The notes: generated from the letters alone by a model not told the origin. A stretch of 64,000 bases of DNA from Isurus oxyrinchus (GCA_026770705.1 JANJGN010000034.1:5828001-5892000), one strand, 5' to 3'. Shown: positions 1 to 13,539, counted from the stretch's first letter. Program-made: numbers and translations.

Positions 1-392
1 TCGGAAATCCGCTTGGGAAATTGGTTGTGAGCCTCATTCCTGAACGTAGCGAGGTGGTTAGTTTGCTGGGCGCAAGGAACAGCGATAAATCAACCATTGT
101 TGTTAGTATTTATCGTATTTTTAAAGAGATATTTAAATACTTTATTAAAAGTGTGAGTTCAACTTGAACTCACATCTCCGCATCACCAGCACAGACAGCT
201 GGATTATACCGCAGTAACAGTATTGGAGATGCAAGAACATCTGATTGCTTGTGGATGGTTGATCATTTAATAAAGCACCATGAATATACCCAACGAGGAT
301 TGGCCATTCTACTTGTGTTGTGTAAGAGCGTATAAGTGAAATACACGTTGGTTTACCTGTTTGTTTTTAAGTGATGTTTGTCTTCTCAGCAG

Positions 393-419
393 ATGATAAG
401 CTGAAAACAAACGAAGAAG
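393..419 (+). pseudogene. Type-B micro-exon copy with defective donor (DDKLKTNEE)
   Basis: cag|ATGATAAGCTGAAAACAAACGAAGAAG|ttataa. 27 nt matching the B consensus but followed by TT, not GT; one missing G would restore the donor. Confidence 0.65.
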
Positions 420-699
420 TTATAATATCATTCTTTGAATGACATGTTAACCCAAATTGTGTGCAAATGTTATTGGCTGATAGCATGGAACAGGCCGAGT
501 CGCCAGGTAGCAGTGCCCATCTCAGTCCAGGGGTTTTGAAAGTAAACTGAATCAAAACAAAGCCAGAGCACCACTGCAGTAGCATTGTTAGTGCAGGCGA
601 TGCAGTTTCTGATGAGGTGCAAAATCGTACCTATTCTATCAGATAACAATTAAAGATCACACGCCCATCACCGTGTCACCCAGCTGACTGGAGCTCCTC

Positions 700-1920
700 A
701 ACTACCATTGCAAAATTCTGTTGAAAATACCTTTGAATAGGTATCACATTGTACCCAAATAAATATGTACAGTGAATTTGAAGTCATTAGAAAATGCATA
801 CGATGGATTTTCAGATTACTGCAAGGCAGATTGCAAGAGTAAAAGTTAACGTCTGTTATTGAGTGTTGCAGCAGTTGGGAAGTTGTCTTTGGAGGGTCTC
901 ACTATTGGGGCGATTATAGATCACAATTTTCATAAATGATTGTGACAGCGATATGAAAAAAGAAAATTTCTGCTTTTGCAGTTGCATCAACTTCTGGGCT
1001 CCCGGCAAATTGGAATAGGCAATGCTCATGAGGACAGCAGCAATTTAGAGGATAAAATTAATACCATGGTGGATTGGCAAATAATTGACAAACACATTGC
1101 AAAAAATGGCAGACACAAGGAAGCACGCTTTGCCCATACAAATTGTGAGAACTTATCATTCTTGGAACGTGCAAGTTTCCAGGGTACGGGAATGAATGCT
1201 ACAAGGAGTCCAAGTGAGCCAATCGTGTAAGTTCTGCCAGAGCATGGCAAACATATCACACAACAAAAACCAATACAATGCTTTGTAGAAGAAGGGTACC
1301 TGTGAGAAGTCAAGTCATGCTAAACGTACATCGGGCCTTTGAGTAGAGCCCATTTAGAGGACCGCATTCAATTCTATTGACAATGTTATAGATAATAAAC
1401 ACATAGCAACACTAGAGGGAGAAGAGAAGGTCCAGGGAATAATATCAAAAATCTGTGCCTCTACATCTCAGGAAAATACTAAGTTGCTGGCTCTCTTTTA
1501 TCCTGGGTGAAAAAAGGCTATGAATACCAAGAGATGACGTATGGAGGCATTTAAATTCGTAATGTATTGAGTTGGCCGATGCAGAGAGAACGTTTACTTT
1601 CATTGGGAAGAGCACAACTGGTGGTCATAAATTTATGATAGTCACCAAGAGAACCAATACTTATACAGCAGAATATTCTTTCCCTAAAAATAGGGGAACA
1701 TGTGAACTCACTATAAAGCAAGTGGATAAAGCAAATCGTATGCAATTATATTGAATTGATGAGAAAGCTAGACAAGCATATGATGGAGAAGTGATTCAGA
1801 GGGTTGCTTGAGACATATGCGCATGGATGAGGTTACATTGGTAAACCTTTCAGGATATTGTACTGGAGTATAAACTGGTTGGGCGGCCGAACGGCCTAGT
1901 TCTATGCTGCACAGCCGATG
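700..1920 (+). mobile_element. Highly decayed CR1-type LINE fragment (RT to 3' end)
   Basis: Relics of GVPQGSxLG..FINDx coding DNA near 880-950 and a CR1-like 3' end near 1880-1920; resembles the better-preserved copy at 19270-20110. Confidence 0.5.
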
Positions 1921-2243
1921 TAATCATCTGAATATAGGTAATTAGGTTGTTTTTACTTTCTCTGATTTGTTATTGGATTTCAGTTCTGAAAGAACAGCCA
2001 ACTTTAATTGCCCACCCAAACCGTCCTTGAGAAGGCATTGGTAGGTTGCCTTCTAGAATAGTTTTGATCCATGTATTGTTGGTGCACCCACATGGCTGTT
2101 TCTGAGGCATGCTACCCACATTTTCACTTCATGCCAATGCAACAGTGTTGTCTGCATAAAATGACTCTAACTCGTTTTGGGACGTATTGGTTCCCTATTG
2201 AGCGCCATGTCAATTATGTGTTTTTCTTTCTTTTTTACCCGAG

Positions 2244-2279
2244 AACGATCTAAGAACATGAAATCTTTAAGCAATTTGG
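2244..2279 (+). pseudogene. Type-A micro-exon copy with donor GT>AT (ERSKNMKSLSNL)
   Basis: Long pyrimidine tract, then gag|AACGATCTAAGAACATGAAATCTTTAAGCAATTTGG|atgaga. Exactly 36 nt; atgaga is one substitution from the A-type donor gtgaga. Confidence 0.6.
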
Positions 2280-3829
2280 ATGAGAAGTTGTTCCAAATTC
2301 GAAGCTATGCACCGATAGAGGCCGCAACAATAACTTTTGAAACGAATTACGCTCTGCTTCCGATTGGCACAGGGCATTTGCATGCAATTACAAATTTGAT
2401 GTGCGTGCCAAACTGTTCAGATTGTTTCAAAGGGCACATCACTTCCGCAAAGCCATTTGGTGAAACTGTGCATCTTGTGACGTTAATTTGTAAACAAAAT
2501 AACATGTGATTACATTGGATGTGGTTGCATATGAACGTCCAACAATTATGGGTTCTTTCATCGAGCCTGCTGAGTTTCAAAATTGGTGAAGCGCAGCAGT
2601 GGATGTTCATGCCACCTCTAAGGAGAGACAGAAATGCACAGAAAGAAAGGCTGATCGAATAAAAGAGCTTATACCCGGGGTAGGTATTTTTCCATCCCCT
2701 CAGGGAAACGAAAATATTACAGAACATCGGTTGGAATTTGCGGTCACTGTACAGTAACTTAGGGTATGGATGCTGTGATCTATGCCATACTTAAGAATCT
2801 CCCGACACCCTCCTTGAACTTGTGCCATAATTCAAAATACCCTGCATGATTAAACTACATATTCTGAGGTCTGATTATTCTGTAAGGAATTAGGAAGAAC
2901 AAAAATACTCCCCTTTTCTTATTCTTGGAAATATTAAAATCATTCCTCTTGGTGCTCGTAAGCCTGGAATATTTCATCATAACCAGACTCTCTATTCGTT
3001 AAGTTAGTGTCTTGCCATCAAAAATGTCACATATCTGTCGGCACCGAGATAAATAAACTAATGCCTTGGTAAATCTCAGTAGTGGGAACATTTTAAACAG
3101 CAATGATACTACAGCTGTCCTTTGCAACTGTACCAAAATTTATGCGTCAGACATCATGTTGGAAGGTCACAGCTGTATATCGCTCAAAGTTATCCTGCAA
3201 AGTTATCAGTTTAGCAAGCTATTAGCGATGCCCCATTTCGCAATTTAATCCCAATAGCCAAGAGTCAAATGATGATCAATTCCACCTTGCTGGGAATAAG
3301 TCGAAACTCATAAAGTAAATAATTTGCTCGTTTTCAAAGGGAAAGATGGATGCCAAAGGCTAAGGGAGGGGCACTCGGTTGTTTATTCTAATTTCCTTTG
3401 CGAGTGCTGCTGGATACGATCAAATTCGTTGACAAGCCGTATTCGCCCTTGAGAAAACTATGAGTCTGCAGTCACTGAACGTTGCTTTGTTGTTTTAAAC
3501 GTTTCAAAATTCATGCATTAGGATACAAGTAATGATGCAAATCATGAAACATTTCTTGAACAAGAGCAATGCTTAACAAATGTCAGCAATGACTTTACTT
3601 GTTCAACACACCTCTCTCTTTCTCTCTATCTATCTCTCTTGCCGCTCTCTCTCTCTCCTTCTGTGTCTCTCCCATCCTCGCTGCTGGTGTTCCCTGGCTT
3701 CAGCTGCCAGATTACCTCTTTGTGACAGACGTGGCAGGTTTGGAAATTGCTGCTGAGGGACCCCAGCTAACTACAGAAGTATACATTGTTTATGATTAAT
3801 ATTGTTGCCATTGTGCATCATTGGTATAG

Positions 3830-4560
3830 AGAGAGAGAACGATTCAAGGTGCAGCTGGTCTGCAATAAAGTTGACTCCCTTGCCCTAGTTAGTTTCTAGC
3901 TTCTTAAATGTTGTTGATGTTCTGCTGATCCTGCCAAATGGAGGGTATTGCATGACACAACTGATTTGAGCATTCTACATGGTGGACATGCTTGGGGTAG
4001 GCACGTGTTGAGTTGGTAGCCTCTTACCTGTTCTGGTTGCGTGACCATTTATATGTCTGGTGCTGTAAGTTTCTGCTTACTGAAATCCCAGAGAAAGTTA
4101 ATTCTGGGAGTTTCAGTGATAGGAATGCGAGTAAATGTCAACAGGAGTTGGTAACCTTTTATTCTGCTGGAATAGGACTTTGTCTCGCACGCAAATGTCA
4201 CTTGCCACTTTTCAGCAAAAGCCTGAATATTGCTCAGGACTTTCAAGGTATGGCTTCAGTATCGTGAATAACTAATTTTATTGTACATGTGCACTCATCT
4301 GCACATTTTCACATTTCAGTAAAGCAGCTGAAGCTGGATAGGCTTAGGGCGCTAAACTGGGGAGCTCCTGCAGTGATGGACGTGACTCAGGTGATTGCCC
4401 TCCAACAACAGTCAACATCTTCCTTTGTTGTAACTTCTCCACCCCGCTTCCCCCACCCCACCGATAATCTAGTCAGGGCCCCATGATGTAATCCTTGCTC
4501 AAATGCTGCTTCAGTATCAAGGGCAGTCATTCTCACTCCATCACTTGTGTGCAGATTTTA
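3830..4560 (-). mobile_element. Decayed non-LTR retrotransposon RT fragment
   Basis: Reverse complement reads ...NIQAFAEKWQVTF..., the post-ADD RT segment, also seen on + at about 47760-47830. Confidence 0.5.
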
Positions 4561-7039
4561 GAGAACTGTCAGCGAGCGCCCCAGAAATTGCGCAGCCTGT
4601 TCCTTTTTATACATATTTCACCTGGACGTGAACTTTAGGTCACATATCCAGGCCAACTCTAAGAGAATGATTTCAAGCTGCATAATTCTGTCTTTGCATG
4701 TCTACTATGGAGACATTCTTCCACGTCTTTGTGATTTTAAGACTTGACTATACAGGTATTTTGATTGCCGTCCTCCAAAAATCCACCTTCCTGAAACGCA
4801 GCTGTCTCGTGTCCAAATTGGCACTAACCCCCACTAACCTACGACATTGATATTTGTTGCTTCAGGATTTGCAAAGCCGGAATTTAAGGAATTGCATCCA
4901 TTCTTTGGAAACACTCCATGTGCTCGCCCCGTCGTTCCTCCTTATTCTCCTACAGTCTTAAATGTTCCATAATACCAGCTTTCATCTAACTTGTGTATTT
5001 GAAGGATTCCTTATTTGTTGCTCTTTTGCTGTTCTTTTCCTCAGCTATAAAGGCTCCTAGCTGCGGAATATATTTCCCCACATCAACACTACCCCATCCC
5101 CCTCACCCTTGGATCCCCGACACCACCCCCCATCTCCCCCACCACCCCCCACCCCCATCCATCCTCCCCCAGCCAGATTACTTATTTTTCCTGTCAAAAC
5201 CTTCATTGAATTACCGTCTTAGACTGAGCTTTAAGCCGACTGGTCAAAGGATTAAGGATTCCACAGTAGATGATCAAATGCAGGACAGATAAATGGAAAT
5301 TTAAAAACCTTTCTTTGAGTTGGCTTGTTTATGAGGTGTGCATTCTTTATCCTTGATAATTACAATGAGCAAGTTTGTCTTGCGTGGGTCGGCCTCTGAC
5401 AGTTGCCAGGAAAAGTATGGAGTTGCTCCCTCTGTAACGTAGCTTAGAGTGAGGCCGAAAAGCACTGACTCCTCCTGAAAAAGGGTATGACTCAAGAATC
5501 GTTCAAGCGAGATAACTTAACACTGACGACCTCAATGACCGTCGGGACCAACAGTGTATCTTTACGAAAATATAGCACTGCCGTATTTAAAAAGGTACAG
5601 ATGATAAACAATGATCAATACAGGGAATGCTTATGTGTGAATTACAACTGGAGCATGGACATAAGGCATCTCGTGCGGGATACTATGACTCTGTCGATCC
5701 TGGCTTAGGGCAGTAAATTTCCGCGAGCCATTCATTAGTTTATTGATATTGGTGGGGCCTTAAAATCACGCTAGAGTAAAATTCTGTCCATGGCGGGATG
5801 ACTCGGCGATTCGTGTGTCATCCAGAAGGTTGTAAAATAATACGGTGATCCCACATCCTTGAAGCAAACTGTAGAGAGGCATATCTAAACCAACATATTC
5901 ATCACATTCAAAATTAATGCTGTATCTGGGTAAACACTAAATTCGGTTGCCAATTTCATTACTAATAAAAGAATGAGCGTTTGAAAGGTCACATTTTCTC
6001 CAGCAAACTCCTGCCGAATAACATTACAATCAAGATGAATGTGTATATTTGCCTCACTTTAGAGCATGATAGTCATGCTATTGAACAGATTCTGATTATG
6101 TATTTACGACTTTCAGCAAGCCACCTTTGATATTTCTTATTTAGCTTTCAAATCAGGGACCATTGTTTCAAATTCCAAGCTGAAGGGTGAAGCATGTGAT
6201 ACATCCTTAGATTACTAATGCACGGCTGAGGGCCTGCTATACTGTATTTCAGTTGAGATGCTTTGCAATGGATGTAAAAGATTCCCAGGAGCTTCTAGGT
6301 AATACAGAAGGAAACCACCATCCCCCACACCGCCCATTCAATTGTCCATATAATTACACGGTAAACAGGTCAACCACTTTTTTTTACTAGATTCTGCCTG
6401 AGCGTTATTTCAAGCAGTATCGTCTTCCTTTGCACAAAATCAATTAGACATATATATTTTTTAAAGATTTATTTTCTTTGTTCTTTTTCCCTTTGGATTT
6501 GCTGCCTCCCATCCTCCCCTCTTCCTCTTCCTATTTTTCTTTCTTTCTTTCATTATTTTTTCCTGTTACTTGGAAACCTGTGTGTTCAAATAATGCATTG
6601 AATGAAGAACCTTTTGGTACATGGCCAGAGTCAGCCGAAAGCTCACATTAATTTCAGCAGAAACTGGATATTGTTGAATAAAAAGTTTTTGTCGAAGTTT
6701 TTCACCTATATTTTGCAAGGCGAAAAGCTTTGACAAAAAATGTATCTTTTTTCAGCAAGAATTAGGTTATGTAAAGCAAAATACAATTGTATACCAGAAA
6801 CTATGTAAGTGCGAGAGGAAAAAATTGAAATCCAGAAAATATTGATATGCATTTGTGAAGTTGGAGGTAGCTGCTGTGTAGTCTGGTCGCATAAATGTTC
6901 CAAATTGACCGAATTAGCCTTTTGAAGATTCTGGTTTGGTGTGTGAAGATTTGTTTTAGTGGCTCAATATAATTTACTGAATACTCCCTGCCTCTTGAAG
7001 TAAGCACATCAGTTTTTTTTTTCCATTAATTTAACACAT

Positions 7040-7075
7040 AACTGAAGACATGCAAAGGCTCTTTGAATGCTTTTG
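7040..7075 (+). pseudogene. Type-A micro-exon copy, both splice sites mutated (ELKTCKGSLNAF)
   Basis: cat|AACTGAAGACATGCAAAGGCTCTTTGAATGCTTTTG|gagaga. CAG>CAT and GT>GA; L2/C5/L9/F12 pattern kept; lies about 1 kb upstream of a B exon. Confidence 0.7.
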
Positions 7076-8058
7076 GAGAGACAAATATTTCCTACATACT
7101 TAATATTTTTCAAAAGCATCCCCTTTATTTGACACTCTAAAAACGGTGTTCTATATATTATACAAATTATGAAACAAGTATCTGTTTATAGATACTTTAT
7201 TTTAAAGCAAATTCATTGTTAACCGTTAGATGCAGAGTCCCGTATTTAACTAATATATGTAGCAAGCCTGTAAAGGAGCGTTTTCCGAAAATGATATGAT
7301 AAAACCTACCAGGTTAAGAAAACTGTAGTCACGCTTTGCTAAAATTCTTTGCACAATGGCAAATATAAAATCCACCATGGACGAGTATTATTTTCCATTG
7401 TAGAAAGTTACCTCACAGAAGAGTATATTTTGTCCCTTCGAGCCACCATTGGGTAATATAATGACATATATCATAAAACCACTTTCAGGCTCATGGCCAA
7501 TAACCTTGAAGGCTAGGACACTTGAAGGGCATATCCGGGTAAATTAAAAGATTGAAGGCCTCTTCCACCCCTCAAGGTAGTGTGTACGAACCTCCTGCAA
7601 TTCTCGGGTTGAAAAGGAGTATGCCCACCAAACCCGCTTGAACTTTGTACTTCATGACTTAAATCTAGGCAGATGGTTACGAACATCCTAGGCCTTCCTA
7701 GCAAAAAAATCTCGACACCTCCTAATGTTTTACACTCTATTTAACTCTCCACTATGTGCATTCTCTATTGCAAAATAAACAAACGAGGAAACTTCAATTT
7801 CCAAACAAAATTTTCTTCACAGCTATGTTTGTTCGGGTCGGACAATAGCCTCCTATAACTTTTCTAATTCATCTCCAATTCACTGTCTTAATGTTTAGCC
7901 TGCCGAAATAAGGAATTGAAAAATTTTGGTTTTCTTTTCAAATACCACTATCGTTTGTGGTGGCTCGGCTGATTCTATTGTATTTAATGGAAAATTGAGT
8001 GCAAAAAAACATTATGATTAACTCGACGCTACTCGAAAATATGTTTATTCCCTAACAG

Positions 8059-8079
8059 AGGATAAGCTCAAAGCAGCAG
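8059..8079 (+). CDS. Type-B micro-exon, possibly shortened to 21 nt (EDKLKAA) via an internal donor
   Basis: cctaacag|AGGATAAGCTCAAAGCAGCAG|gtaaag. The 27-nt version (EDKLKAAGK, to 8085) has no GT after it. Confidence 0.55.
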
Positions 8080-8139
8080 GTAAAGCAGATGTAGGCGAAG
8101 CAGATGCTGTTTTAAATTATATAATAATTAATGCAGTAC

Positions 8140-8870
8140 AAAAATAAGAGAGCCTGGAAAAATTCAGCAGGTCTGGCAACATTTGTGGTGAGGAACACAG
8201 TTAACGTTTCGAGTCTGCATGACTCTTCAACAGAACCTAGTAAAAGAGGAAGTGGAATGAAATATAACCTGGTATAAGAGGGGTTGGGACAAGGAGAGCT
8301 GAATAGCGGGGCTGTGATACGTGGAGATACACAAAATGAAAAAGAGGTGTTGAAGTTACTGATATTATCTAAGGAATGTGCTAATTAAGGGTAGATGGCA
8401 GCACAAGCAAGGCACAGATAGCCGTATTGCGGGCTGGGTGGTGTGAAGGAATGGTAAAAGGCCAAAAGGTAGAGGTAAAACAATGGATGGAAATACATTT
8501 AAAAACAATGGAAATAGGTGGCAAAATAAACATCTATATCAATTATTCTAAAATTTGGGGGTGGGGGGGAGGGTGGGGGTGGCGGGGATGGGTAAGAGGG
8601 TGAGGATAAAGGAAACAGTTCATGACCTAAAATTGTTGAATTCAATATTCAGTCCAAAAGACTATAAAGTGCCAAATCGGAAAATAAGGTGCTGTTCCTC
8701 CAGTTTGTGTTGAGCTTCAATGGAACAATGCAACAGTCCAAGGACGCACATGTGGGCATAAGAGCAGGGTGGAGTGTTGAAATGACAAGCGACAGGACGT
8801 TCTGGGTAATGCTTGTTGACAGACCGAAGGTGTTCTTCCAATTGGTCACACAGTCTGCGTTTGGTCTGTA
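8140..8870 (-). mobile_element. Penelope-like element fragment (GIY-YIG endonuclease C-terminus and 3' region)
   Basis: Minus strand 8630-8795 translates VACHFNTPPCSYAHMCVLGLLHCSIEAQHKLEEQHLIFRFGTL*SFGLNIEFNN, a typical Penelope EN C-terminus with one stop. Confidence 0.75.
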
Positions 8871-9319
8871 TGTTTATTTTCCAAATATCAGTTGGGTCAT
8901 TTTGAAAAAGCTGTCTGAAATGTTCCAGATTTTTACAAAATCCTGGATCCCACTTGCATTTTAATTCAACAAATAAAATTCAATGATATACACGAGTGGA
9001 CACTGGTACCTATGGAAGTTGATCAAATATTAGAAATAAGTCCACCCTCCCACTGACCCAGAAAGACTTGAACAGGATGCAATGCTTTTCAAGGCAATTC
9101 TGGTATCCAGTTTGGTGACTACATGTTATGATAGGAGTAAGATTTCTTTTCCAAAGCATAGTCATTTCCATTTGGTGCATATTGTTTTGATCACTTTTGC
9201 TGCTGTCATAATCCTAGTGCTCCAACTCCTCCTAGTCTTCCCCTTCCTCCTCCAATCTTACATTCGGTTGCTCAATTAAATCTCTCACCTTTCACATTTT
9301 CTTAGTTATTTTACAAACA

Positions 9320-9960
9320 AACATTTAACATACAAATTAAGTCCTGGTCAAGGCCACCAGACCCTTCGATTCTGCTCCACCATTCGAAAAGAAAATGACT
9401 GAGGGGCCTAGAAATTCAACTCCACATTCCTGTCTGCCCCCGATAACATTTCCCCACCAACAATCACCCCCACCCCCAGCCCGCAGGCATTTTCTTAGCA
9501 AAATCTACCTACATTATTAAAATATTCAAAGATTCTGCATGCACAGCCCTTTGAAACAGAGCTTCCCAAAGACTCACTACAATCTAAGAGAAAAGCGGAC
9601 TCCTCCTCATCTCTGTCTATAATGGGCGACCCTTAATTTTAAAAAGTAGTCCCTATTTCTAGATTTTCAACAAGAGGAAGCATCCTTTTTCGCATCCACA
9701 TGGTTAGGCCCGCTTTGGATCTTATATGTTTCACACAAGTCAACTTTTACTATTCTAAACTCCAGCGATTACAATGCTGGCCTGACAAATAGTTCCTTAT
9801 AAGACAACTGGCCCGTTAAAGGTGTTTAGCTACCAAATCTTGGCTGAACTGCTTCCAAAACATTTCGATCATTCATTAAATAAAGAGAATAACAGTGATT
9901 ATAGTACTCCAGATGTGGCCTCAACAATGCCTCAATATTTCTTAATTAATATTACGTCCT
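9320..9960 (-). mobile_element. CR1-type LINE 3' fragment
   Basis: Reverse complement of a CR1 3' region; visibly homologous to 38860-39420. Confidence 0.65.
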
Positions 9961-10329
9961 ATCGTGTGGTTACTGTTATCTGGCCTGTACATCTTTCTCA
10001 CATTTCATGCCTCCCTCATTCCTTAATCCACAGAAACAGCTTTTCTCTCCTGGTGCTCTGAAGTTTCTATTGCATTGCCATCATCCTCAATTAACATAAG
10101 CAACGCCTCCACAATTCCCTATTTTTCTATCATTCTTAAATATCACATGGCCTTCAGTCATCAGGTCCCAGTCTATTTAACCCTGCAGGAATGCCTCTGG
10201 AATGACAATTGTGTCATTCTTGTTCTTTTTTCAATTTGGACTATCAATTCACCTGTTTTGTTTCGAAAGCTGCTTGCCCTCAGCTACAGGATCTTAAATG
10301 TTAATATGTTTGTAACCTCTAACCTTATC

Positions 10330-11400
10330 TGATGATTTGTTTGTGATTTCTATTCTGTAACCCTTCCTGCCATGGTCTGTTTATCACGCACCACGTGAAT
10401 ACACAATATCTTGCTTGTCCCCAGTCCTTGATTTACCACATCTTCCAAAACTTGATCCCCTGCCCCCATGTCTTTTTTTTTTAAAAAAAAATCTCTTTCT
10501 ACTTCCCTCGTTATTTGGTTCACAAGGACACTGGTCCAAACTTGCATCAGGTGGATACCGTCCGAACGGTACTGCCCCCAATTTTCCCACTACTGGAGTG
10601 AGTGCCCAATGGACATGGACAGACTTCTCCAACGCTCGTCTTTGAACGAAGTATTCATCTATGTAATCTGATTTGCGCTCTGCCCATTTGCACGTGGCTG
10701 AGGTAATGAGCCAAGTATTACGATCATTAACTTGGCGCCGGGTTCCTCATAATAATTATGCAAAATCTTCTCTCTTGTCCTAATTATGTCAGTCCTTCAT
10801 ACTTCGATCATGGCCACTGTATCCGTCACCCACTGCAAAATTAGTCCATAGATCTAAGAAAATGTTGTGAAATCAGGCAGCGGGCAGGCAACAAGTATTT
10901 CAGGATTCTTGTTATTGCTTCAGAGAACAGTGTCAACTCCCCTCACTATACTGTCACCTGCTACAAGTCATTCCTGCTTGCTCTACTGCCTTAAGTGACT
11001 TCCTGTACCAGCGAGCAATAACCAGTTTGTCTGTCGTCTACAAAGTATGGAAACTTCAAAACTGTTGCAATTCCAAAGTAGTAGCCTTCTCCGGTACTTT
11101 CTGCGCTATCTCTTCACCGGCCTCACTGACTGTCACATCTTCTGGTCCGTCACTAATGACCTAGAAAAAGCAACTGCTTTCTAAGAGGTGTGAGCGTCTT
11201 CTGGAAATAAATTTCCAGGCTTTTCCCGCCCTTCCTTAAGATGTGCAGTGTCTGCAGTTTGGAATCTAAAACAGCAATGCTGATTTGGAATCCATCTAGC
11301 TGCTTACACTTTCTGGAGGCGTGTTTACCCTAGATTGGCTTGGTGTCCTAATGCTCCCAAATCTCACCACAAATGCAAGAACATGTCTTGCAAATGTTAT
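10330..11400 (-). mobile_element. Decayed CR1-type LINE 5' region (ORF1 esterase-like relic)
   Basis: Minus strand near 10920-10965 reads VAGDSIVRGVDTVL, the GDS motif of CR1 ORF1 SGNH-like domains. Confidence 0.5.
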
Positions 11401-11454
11401 TTATACTATCTAACTAGTTTTAGTTCATTATTGTATTAATTAACTGAATTAACG

Positions 11455-11985
11455 TGCTCCTCCACTTCTTCATCCTCCTTCTTTCCCTTGTTCTCTGCTT
11501 CTTCCATCACCACAACCCCCTCATACTTCCCTTGCGTTCCCCCTCCTCATATTTTCCAACTATACCTTTGTAACCTGCTCCTCATCCTTCTCTTCCTATT
11601 GTTTCTCCTGATGCTTTCCACTTGGGCCCTCCATTACTCTTTCCGTGTTTCTCCAGCTCCTCAAAAAGTTTCTTCAACTTTTCCAATTATCTTCCAGCGT
11701 CATTCATTTGTTACTCCCCCTCTTGCTTCTCCTTCTCATCCTGGTATTAGTTTTGCTCTTTTTCTTCCTCCACCGTCTGACTGTACTGCTCCTGAACTTC
11801 TTCCCCCTCAGCTGCCTCTACTTTTTCACACTCTGTCATGATGCCTCCCCCTCCTCCCCCTCTGCTGGTGGCTGCTCCATATCGTTTTCAGAGCACCTTA
11901 ATCTGCTAAGACCCTAATACCTTCTGTGTGGAAAACCCTCACCAAGCTCTTGCATCACTCTCTCTCTCTATCCTCTCTCTCTCTA
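11455..11985. repeat. Pyrimidine-rich low-complexity tract ending in (CT)n
   Basis: C/T-dominated sequence directly visible; it explains the Leu/Pro/Ser-rich spurious ORFs. Confidence 0.85.
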
Positions 11986-12114
11986 NNNNNNNNNNNNNNN
12001 NNNNNNNNNNNNNNNNNNNNNNNNNNNNNNNNNNNNNNNNNNNNNNNNNNNNNNNNNNNNNNNNNNNNNNNNNNNNNNNNNNNNNNNNNNNNNNNNNNNN
12101 NNNNNNNNNNNNNN
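11986..12114. other. Assembly gap (129 N)
   Basis: Run of N between a CT repeat and aca... Confidence 0.99.
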
Positions 12115-12778
12115 ACACAAACCCAAGATTATATTCAACATTCTATAAAAGATATGGATGATTTGGTGAACTTGCTAAGTAGATTCATGTGGATGAAACA
12201 AGAATTGCAATTTATTAATATAGGCCGGTAACAATTTTTAGACAATATTGAAGCCAAAAGGATTTGCAGCAAATACTTCGTCTTCCAGCGTGGAAAAAAA
12301 AAAACTATAGAACTTATCAGCACATGGAACAGTGGAAGAAAACAGGATAAATAAATTAATGGTGAACACCGCCAAGGGGAAGGGGAAGAATGGACTAAAT
12401 GATTTGTGGGGAGAGTTAGATGGAGAAAAATGCTAAGAGCTCAATACATGGCATACACTGGACGACTGAAATGTCTCTATTCTGATTATTAAATGCAATT
12501 TATGATTGTTATTATCGATGACCTTTCAAGATGTTGCGTCTATTGGTAGATACATCTTGGATTTCTATGCAAATATAGGAAATGAAATGATGATGGCTGC
12601 ATGCGTGTTATAAGTCACAACATTCTGTGAGTGATTCGGATAACAAAAACATATTTTGTTTCCCCATGAAGAATTAAGCTTTTATTAATTGAATCAACAT
12701 TTTATAAAACTTGCAAAACGAATAGGAAAATGCATTCTCCTAAAGTTTCATGCTGAAGAAGTTTTATCTGCATTGCAT

Positions 12779-12814
12779 AATTGAATGATTGCCAGAAAGC
12801 CTTAAAATAATTAG
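12779..12814 (+). pseudogene. Type-A micro-exon copy with in-frame stop and lost splice sites (ELNDCQKALK*L)
   Basis: cat|AATTGAATGATTGCCAGAAAGCCTTAAAATAATTAG|ttaaga. Confidence 0.75.
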
Positions 12815-13512
12815 TTAAGAGTGTGCATCACAGTTAGGTTAGAAACTGCTCCAGCTAAAATAGTGAAAGTGTATCTCTAGCCATAGGAGAAAAATAAAAG
12901 TGGAGGACGGGGGAGTGGATGTATTCATGCTGCTTGCAAAACACGGCCCAATATTCATCTACGTTAATTTCAGTAGATCTGGATTTGAAGCACAGCCTAT
13001 CGCAATGTCACGCAGCATAAAATTCAGCTTCCTATCCTTTGCGCTTGTATAACGTCCAACATAACACCTTCCTCTTTATAATGCATTTTTGACTTAATTA
13101 TCTTTGAGTGGACTTTAAACCAATGCCAGATTGTTTGATAGAACTAGGCCCAATCCTCTAGGAGCAATATATTGCCATGTTTGAAGAATAGGAAACCTTA
13201 CAATTACGAATTATTTCAATATCTACACGTTAAATAAATGTTAAAAGTAGCAAGTTATTCTAAAGATACGAGAAAAAGCAATCAAAAATCAGTACTGTAT
13301 TTAATGGGGAAATAAAAATAACCTTTATTACCCATAGTGTGTTGGCAAAGTTCATCTCGATTCCACATTCAGTGTTTAAGTTGGCGAGTGAAAATGCATG
13401 GAAATGAAATCTAAATACGTGCGAGCAGAGAGTGGAAAAGAGGGATATGCTTGGAGAAGATTTGGGAAACTATTCTGCAAAACTTCACGTCGAACTCTAT
13501 TCCCATCCACAG

Positions 13513-13539
13513 AAGTGACACTGAAAAACAAGGAGAAGG
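13513..13539 (+). CDS. Micro-exon B (27 nt) EVTLKNKEK
   Basis: ccacag|AAGTG...GAAGG|gtaatt. Confidence 0.75.

Noticed and set aside
1-32. Possible 3' end of an A exon (…GNPLGKL then ttgtgag) at the window edge
   Set aside because: Truncated by the window and the donor is out of register by 2 nt; cannot be supported without upstream sequence.
3570-3605. A-like peptide MLNKCQQ*LYLF
   Set aside because: No AG/GT, no pyrimidine tract and an internal stop; could be chance.
6720-6741. B-like start GEKL* after an AAG acceptor
   Set aside because: 22 nt with an in-frame stop; possibly a dead B copy but too degraded to call.
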